This document shows positions 58,415-64,000 of a DNA stretch of 64,000 nt, one piece after another. The notes beneath the pieces are model-generated. The model did not search any database, was not told where the DNA came from, and saw only the letters and a list, made by a program, of their open reading frames with translations. Where the stretch lies: assembly GCA_036679645.1 (NCBI GenBank), contig JAZDCY010000016.1:32001-96000 (forward strand). The letters run 5' to 3'. The position numbers and the translations under genes were made by a program. Source of the DNA: Gemmatimonadota bacterium. Its GTDB lineage: Bacteria; Gemmatimonadota; Gemmatimonadetes; Gemmatimonadales; GWC2-71-9. How positions within the stretch are numbered: the stretch's first letter is position 1; every line of letters starts with the position of its first letter.

Positions 58415-59617
58415 CTATATGAGAGAGAGCTTCTTCCCGACCTTCGCGAATGCCTCGAGGGCGGTGTCGAGGTCGTCCTTCGTGTGTCCCGCCGAAACCT
58501 GGCAGCGGACCCGGGCTTCCCCTCTCGGGACCACCGGGAAACCAAACCCGGTGACGAACACGCCCTCGTCCAGTAACATCTCACTCATGCGAATCGCCGC
58601 GGACGTTTCGCCGAGGATGACCGGTATGATGGGAGTCTGTCCCGGGAGCGGCTGGAATCCCAGCACGGTGAGCTGCTCGCGAAGATACCGGGCGTTGTCA
58701 CGCAGTGTCCGCACCAACTCGGGGTGCGCACGAAGACGACGCACGGCTGCGAGCGCGCTCGAGGCGACCGTACACGGGAGCGCGTTGGAAAAGAGCTGGG
58801 GTCGCGATCGCTGCATCAGGTAGTCGCAAAGAGCCTCGGATGAGGCCGTGAACCCACCCGCCGCGCCGCCAAGCGCTTTACCGAGCGTGGAAGTGATGAC
58901 GTCGATCTCGCCGAGGACCCCCTCCATCTCCGCCACACCCCGCCCCGTGTCGCCCAGGACACCGGTGCCGTGAGAGTCGTCGACAACCACCATCGCGTCG
59001 TGCTTATGGGCCAGTTCGACGATATCGGCCAGCTTCGCGGTATCACCCTCCATGGAGAAGATGCCGTCGGTCACGACCACGCGTATGCGGGCGGCCCTGT
59101 GCTCGGTGAGTTTCGCGGCGAGGTCGGTCATGTCGGAGTGCGCGTAGACGGCAGACGCGCATTTCGTAATCGAGCGAGCCAGCCGCATGCCGTCGATGAT
59201 GGACGCGTGATTGAGCCGATCGGAAATGACGACGTCGTCGGGGCCGAGCAGGGTCGCGAATAGCCCCTCGTTGGCGTTCCAGCACGAGGCATATGTGACG
59301 GCCGACTCCGTTCCGACGAGGTCGCCGAGCGCCTGCTCCAACTCCCGGTGAACCGTGAAGGTGCCGCAGATGAAACGCACGCTCGCCGTGCCGCCGCCGT
59401 ACCGATCGAGGCCGTCCTTTCCGGCCTGGACGACCTCGGGGTCGTTCGCGAGGGCCAGGTAGTTGTTGCTCGAGAGAATGATGATCTCACCGCGACCTTC
59501 CATCGTGACCCGCGGTCCCTGCGGGGAGTCGAGGAAGTTGAATCGTTTGTAGACGCCGTCGGCGCGGAACTGGTCGAGTTCGGCGCGGAGCCGATCCTGG
59601 ACGGCCGCGTTCATCAC
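58415..59617 (-). CDS. kbl: Glycine C-acetyltransferase
   Basis: SVRFICGT, NHASIIDG, DDSHG, TLGKALGG; adjacent to tdh. Confidence 0.93.
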   Translation of the reverse strand: MMNAAVQDRLRAELDQFRADGVYKRFNFLDSPQGPRVTMEGRGEIIILSSNNYLALANDPEVVQAGKDGLDRYGGGTASVRFICGTFTVHRELEQALGDLVGTESAVTYASCWNANEGLFATLLGPDDVVISDRLNHASIIDGMRLARSITKCASAVYAHSDMTDLAAKLTEHRAARIRVVVTDGIFSMEGDTAKLADIVELAHKHDAMVVVDDSHGTGVLGDTGRGVAEMEGVLGEIDVITSTLGKALGGAAGGFTASSEALCDYLMQRSRPQLFSNALPCTVASSALAAVRRLRAHPELVRTLRDNARYLREQLTVLGFQPLPGQTPIIPVILGETSAAIRMSEMLLDEGVFVTGFGFPVVPRGEARVRCQVSAGHTKDDLDTALEAFAKVGKKLSLI

Positions 59618-60652
59618 CTACCCTCCAATTTCGAGTATGACTTTTCCGGCCTGGCCTGACCGAATAGCGGCCAGCGCATCGTCGATCTGCTCCAGCCGGA
59701 ACGAGTGCGTGATGACGGGAGTCGGGTCGAGCTGTCCCGTGATGAGAAAGGTGCGCATCTGGTGCCATGTCTCGTACATGCGCCGGCCGATCACGCCATA
59801 GACGGTGATGCCCTTGAAGATGAGGTCGTTCGCGAGGTCCAGCGCCACGGACTCGCGCGGGAGCCCAAGCAGGTTGATCTGCCCACCGAGCCGAACGCTC
59901 TCGAACGCCTGCGCAATAGCGGCCGGATGTCCCGACATCTCGCAGACGAGATCGGCGCCCTCGCCACTCGTTTCCTCTCGCACGCGAGAGACGAGGTCGT
60001 CCCTAGCGGGATTCACGAGGATGTCGGCCCCCATCCGACCTGCCAGTGCCAGCCGCGTCTCGTTGAGATCAGACGCAACAATTCGGTTGGCACCGGCACT
60101 TCGCGCGATGCCGACGGCGAAGCAACCGATTGGCCCACAGCCCAGAATGACGACCGTGCTGCCGGGAACCTCTCCGGACAGAACGGTGTGGAACGCATTC
60201 CCGAGCGGATCCATGATGGCGCCGGTCGTCGTCGGAATACCGTTGAGTGGCATCACGTTGGTCGCCGGCATGGCGATATAGTCCGCGAACGCACCGTCTC
60301 GGTCGACCCCGATGATCTGCGTGCGCTGGCAGATATGTCCGTTCCCGGTGCGACATTGGCGACAATGACCGCAGATGATGTGGCCTTCGGCGGTCACGAG
60401 TTGGCCTTGCGAGAACTCCGCGCCGACGTCGGCACCCACGTCGATGACCTCACCGGCGAACTCGTGTCCGACGGTGAGTGGCGGGCGCAATCTCCCACGT
60501 GACCACTCGTCCCACTCGGCGATGTGCAGATCGGTTCCGCACACGCCGGCGTGGTGCACCCGAATCAGCACGTCGTGCGGCCCGGCGTGGGGTTTGGGCA
60601 CCTCGCACACGTCGAGGCCGGGGCCTGCTGACATCTTGCGGATGGCGCGCAT
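59618..60652 (-). CDS. tdh: L-threonine 3-dehydrogenase
   Basis: CGTDLHI, GHEF, EGHIICGHCRQC, GCGPIG. Confidence 0.94.
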   Translation of the reverse strand: MRAIRKMSAGPGLDVCEVPKPHAGPHDVLIRVHHAGVCGTDLHIAEWDEWSRGRLRPPLTVGHEFAGEVIDVGADVGAEFSQGQLVTAEGHIICGHCRQCRTGNGHICQRTQIIGVDRDGAFADYIAMPATNVMPLNGIPTTTGAIMDPLGNAFHTVLSGEVPGSTVVILGCGPIGCFAVGIARSAGANRIVASDLNETRLALAGRMGADILVNPARDDLVSRVREETSGEGADLVCEMSGHPAAIAQAFESVRLGGQINLLGLPRESVALDLANDLIFKGITVYGVIGRRMYETWHQMRTFLITGQLDPTPVITHSFRLEQIDDALAAIRSGQAGKVILEIGG

Positions 60653-60662
60653 GAGACCTCGA

Positions 60663-60686
60663 CGGAATGGCGGAATGGCGGAATGG
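60663..60686. repeat. Intergenic 8-bp tandem repeat (CGGAATGG)x3
   Basis: Direct reading. Confidence 0.85.
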
Positions 60687-60732
60687 TGCACACGGGTACG
60701 CGTTCGCCCTTCCGGTCTTCCGCCCGTCCGCC

Positions 60733-61524
60733 CTAGATAATGCTCCTGGTGAAGCCGCCGTCGATTTGGACAGCCGCGCCGGTAATATACCGTGCGGGTT
60801 CGGAGGCGAGAAACGCGACAGCTGCGGCGAGTTCGGCGGGTTCCCCCATGCGTCCCATTGGGATATCGCCGACGAGTTCGGCCATGATGTCGTCCTCGTC
60901 GCGCCCGCTCTGCGATGCGCGGCGCTCAACCAGCTCCTCCACGCGCCCGGTTCGCATGAACCCGGGGCAGACGACGTTGACTGTGATGCCGGCGTCAGCC
61001 ACCTCGTCGGCCAGACTCTTGGCGAAGCCCAACACCCCAGCACGGGCGGTCGACGAGAGAATGAGTCCGGCCAGCGGCTGCTTGGCGGCGACCGAGGTCA
61101 CGCACACGATCCGGCCCCAGCCCGCGCGGCGCATGACCGGCACGGCGGCGCGGCACAGATGGACGGTGGACAGCAGGTTGAGGTCCAGTGCGGCCTGCCA
61201 GCTTTCGGCGGGTGTGTCCTGAAACGGTGCGGCGGCCGGCCCACCGGCATTGCAGACGAGCACGTCTACTGAACCAAAATGGTGGCGCACCCTGTCGACC
61301 AGGTCTTCCGCCTCGGCCGGCACGCTGACATCGGCGCGGAATCCGGCTACCTCGTCCGTCGTGTGCTTGCGCACGGTCGCCACCGCGGTCTCGAGCCGAT
61401 CGGCGTCCCGTCCGTTGAGCGCGACACGACAGCCCTCGCTGGCAAGGGCCGTTGCAATGGATCGACCGAGTCCCTGCGACGAACCGCAGACGAGCGCCAC
61501 CTTCCCGGCGATCCTCAGATCCAC
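60733..61524 (-). CDS. SDR family oxidoreductase
   Basis: GSSQGLG, CNAGG, VCPG, QIDGG; SSTAR in place of YxxxK. Confidence 0.9.
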   Translation of the reverse strand: MDLRIAGKVALVCGSSQGLGRSIATALASEGCRVALNGRDADRLETAVATVRKHTTDEVAGFRADVSVPAEAEDLVDRVRHHFGSVDVLVCNAGGPAAAPFQDTPAESWQAALDLNLLSTVHLCRAAVPVMRRAGWGRIVCVTSVAAKQPLAGLILSSTARAGVLGFAKSLADEVADAGITVNVVCPGFMRTGRVEELVERRASQSGRDEDDIMAELVGDIPMGRMGEPAELAAAVAFLASEPARYITGAAVQIDGGFTRSII

Positions 61525-61546
61525 GGTACCCTCCCTTCCGTTACCG

Positions 61547-64000
61547 TCACACGGCAGCCGGTGACGCGGCTGGCTCAATACGGACCGCCGTCACCTTGAG
61601 TGCGGCCATCTTCGCGTGCGGTTCGAGCACGGGGCTGGTGAGGAGATTGGCGGCGGCTTCGCGGAAGTGGAACGGGATCCAGACCTGTTTCCGCGCCACC
61701 CGATCGGAGATTCGTACCGAGATCACAATCGCGTTCCGCCGACTGGTGATCCTCGCGAGGTCACCGTCTGCCAGCCCCAACTCCGTGGCGTCGTCGGGAT
61801 GCACCTCCACGATGGCTGTCGGCTCGCGTGCGTCGAGGCCACGTGAGCGACGCGTCATCGTACCCGTGTGCCAGTGGTAGAGTTGGCGGCCCGTGTTCAT
61901 CACGAACGGGAACGAGTCGTCGGGGAGCTCACCCGGATCGGTGTACTCGACGGGGTGGAAGGTCGCTTTGCCGTCGCTGGTCGGGAAAGCTCGCTCGAAA
62001 AGGAAAGCCGTTCCCGGATGATCGTCCGCCGGCACCGGGTACTGGAGCCCCCCATGGCGGAGTCGTGCGTAGCTGACTCCCGCCCACGAGGGCGCGACGG
62101 ACCGGATTTCCTCCATGATGTCGGCGGGTGACGCAAAGTCGGTCGCGAGCCCGACACGCCGTGACAGGTCCACCAGGATCTCCCAATCCGCGCGCGCGGC
62201 GCCGGGCGGCTCGATGGCCTTTTCGGCGAGTTGGATGCGCCGCTCGGTGTTCACGAACGTACCGGTCTTTTCGGCGAATGATGCACCCGGGAGCACGACG
62301 TCGGCGTACCGCGCGGTCTCGGTGAGAAAGAGATCCTGCACCGTGAGAAACTCGACTTCCCGAAACCATGCTTCGGCGTGCGCGATGTCGGGATCGGAGA
62401 TGATCGGGTTCTCGCCCATGATGTAGAGCGCGCGAGTTGGTGATCCGGTGCGGGCCATCTCGGTCACTTTCAGGCCCGGAGTGAGCGACATTGCCTCCGG
62501 ATCGACACCCCACGCCGCCGCGAATTTTTCGCGGTTGGCCGGATCTTCCACCGATTGGTAGTCAGGAAACACGAAGGGAATGGCTCCCATGTCGGAGGCA
62601 CCTTGGACGTTGTTCTGGCCTCGCAACGGCATCATCGCCGCACCCCATCGCCCGATCATTCCCGTGGCGAGAATCAGGTTGAGGAGTGCGGTGACCATGT
62701 CGTGCCCGGTCAGATGCTGCGTCAGTCCCATTGCCCAGAACGTGCTCGTATTGGGGCCGCGCGCGTAGCACTCAGCCGCGCGTCGGATGTATCCTGCCGG
62801 AATACCGGTGATGGTCGCCGCCCGCTCCGGCGTATACGGTGCCACCGCTTCTCGCACGAGGTCGAATGCGTGGGTCCGGGAGGCGATGAACGCCCGGTTC
62901 TCTAGTCCCTCCGCGAGGATGTGATGGAGCATCGCGTTGTAGAGTGCGACATCGGTGCCGGGCAGCATCTGGAGATGGATGTCAGCCCGAGTCGCTAGCT
63001 CGGTCCGCCGGGGGTCGGCAACGATCAGGGAGACGCCCCGCCGATGCGCCCGCTTCAATGCGGCCCCGAACACCGGATGCGTTTCTGTGGTGTTGGCACC
63101 GGCAATGAAGATCACGTCGCAGTCGCTCTCCACCTCCCGCATCGATCCGGATGCCGCCGCGGTGTTCAGCGCCTCCTGCATTGCTGATACGCTCGTCGAG
63201 TGGCAGAGTCGCGTGCAGTGATCGACGTTGTTGGTCCCGAAGGCGCCCCGGAAGAGGCGCTGGAGGAGGTAGTTCTCCTCGTTCGTGCACTTGGCGCTCT
63301 GGAACACCGCCATCGAGTCGGAGCCGTGTTCCGCGCGAATGCGTGTCAATTCCTGGGCGGTGAGATCGAGCGCCTCCTCCCAGGTGGCCTCGCGGAACGG
63401 CTCGAACCAGTCAGCGGGTGTGACGGCCCGGTCGCGGATGTCCATCGTCACGCGCTCGAGCAAGGACAGATCGCGGATTCGCTTGCCCTGCGCACGCGGC
63501 GGGGCGGCGGCGACGTTCGCTTCACCTTCACCCGACATTGAGCGCCACGGACCGGCGCGGCGATCCGCGCCAGTGGGGCCCTCCCACATCCAGCGGCCGT
63601 CCCGCTTGTTCCACCCCCGCCGGATGAGCGGTGACGTCAGTCGGTCCCGATGCTGGGTGAAGTCGTAGCCGAAGCGTCCCTTGACGCAGGTCGACCCATC
63701 GTTCGGCGTCACCTCATCAAAGGAAGGCGATGTCACGCGCGCAATCTCGTTGTCCTTCACGTGGAGATCGACCTGGCATCCGACGCCACAGTACGGGCAC
63801 ACCGAGCGGACCACCCGCTCGGCCTTGATGCGTGCCGTGCCGAACCGCTCTTTCGGCATGACCTCGAAAATCGCGCCGGTCGGACAGACGCGGACGCATT
63901 CGCCACACCATGTGCAGGCCGCCTTGTCCGGATCGCCGTCAGCCCCGACCACGATCTGCGCGTGCTCACCCCGGTGCGCCACATCGAGCACCCCCACGAC
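61547..64000 (-). CDS. Formate dehydrogenase alpha subunit-like molybdopterin oxidoreductase (5' end outside window)
   Basis: CTWCGECVRVCP, CPYCGVGC, CVKGRFG, HCTRLCH (Cys-type), LRGQNNVQG. Confidence 0.9.
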   Translation of the reverse strand, partial: VVGVLDVAHRGEHAQIVVGADGDPDKAACTWCGECVRVCPTGAIFEVMPKERFGTARIKAERVVRSVCPYCGVGCQVDLHVKDNEIARVTSPSFDEVTPNDGSTCVKGRFGYDFTQHRDRLTSPLIRRGWNKRDGRWMWEGPTGADRRAGPWRSMSGEGEANVAAAPPRAQGKRIRDLSLLERVTMDIRDRAVTPADWFEPFREATWEEALDLTAQELTRIRAEHGSDSMAVFQSAKCTNEENYLLQRLFRGAFGTNNVDHCTRLCHSTSVSAMQEALNTAAASGSMREVESDCDVIFIAGANTTETHPVFGAALKRAHRRGVSLIVADPRRTELATRADIHLQMLPGTDVALYNAMLHHILAEGLENRAFIASRTHAFDLVREAVAPYTPERAATITGIPAGYIRRAAECYARGPNTSTFWAMGLTQHLTGHDMVTALLNLILATGMIGRWGAAMMPLRGQNNVQGASDMGAIPFVFPDYQSVEDPANREKFAAAWGVDPEAMSLTPGLKVTEMARTGSPTRALYIMGENPIISDPDIAHAEAWFREVEFLTVQDLFLTETARYADVVLPGASFAEKTGTFVNTERRIQLAEKAIEPPGAARADWEILVDLSRRVGLATDFASPADIMEEIRSVAPSWAGVSYARLRHGGLQYPVPADDHPGTAFLFERAFPTSDGKATFHPVEYTDPGELPDDSFPFVMNTGRQLYHWHTGTMTRRSRGLDAREPTAIVEVHPDDATELGLADGDLARITSRRNAIVISVRISDRVARKQVWIPFHFREAAANLLTSPVLEPHAKMAALKVTAVRIEPAASPAAV

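Noticed and set aside
63190..63230. Selenocysteine in formate dehydrogenase
   Set aside because: The active-site position is Cys (HCTRLCH) with no in-frame TGA

Overview
High-GC bacterial chromosome segment; gene content (GWxTD proteins, PorX-like PglZ regulator, ruvCAB-queA-tgt-yajC-def-fmt synteny) suggests Gemmatimonadota/FCB, which is an inference. The backbone is housekeeping: rpe, rsmB, thiGSE, def/fmt, yajC, tgt, queA, ruvCAB, yebC, tyrS, PBP1A, argRGH, kbl, tdh and a formate dehydrogenase alpha subunit. The main accessory feature is a ~15.8-kb island inserted in the 3' end of queA and bounded by a 51-58-bp duplication of the queA tail (7044-7101 and 22842-22899). It carries an atypical type I-C-like CRISPR-Cas locus in the order cas5-cas8(with internal cas11 start)-cas7-cas3-MNT-HEPN-cas4-cas1-cas2-array. 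The array has 4 identical 33-bp repeats and short 29-32-bp spacers. The cas3 gene is cleanly split by an IS21 element with a 6-bp target duplication. The island also has a second MNT/HEPN pair, a MazF remnant and no recognisable integrase. The array is transcribed toward tgt-yajC-def-fmt and ends about 80 bp from the tgt start. Other oddities are an in-frame def-fmt fusion missing the Fmt N-terminal strand, a 54-aa Zn-ribbon ORF coupled between ruvA and ruvB, three TPR-GWxTD paralogues, a patatin-ferredoxin fusion and a DnaB-like ATPase without its N-terminal domain.
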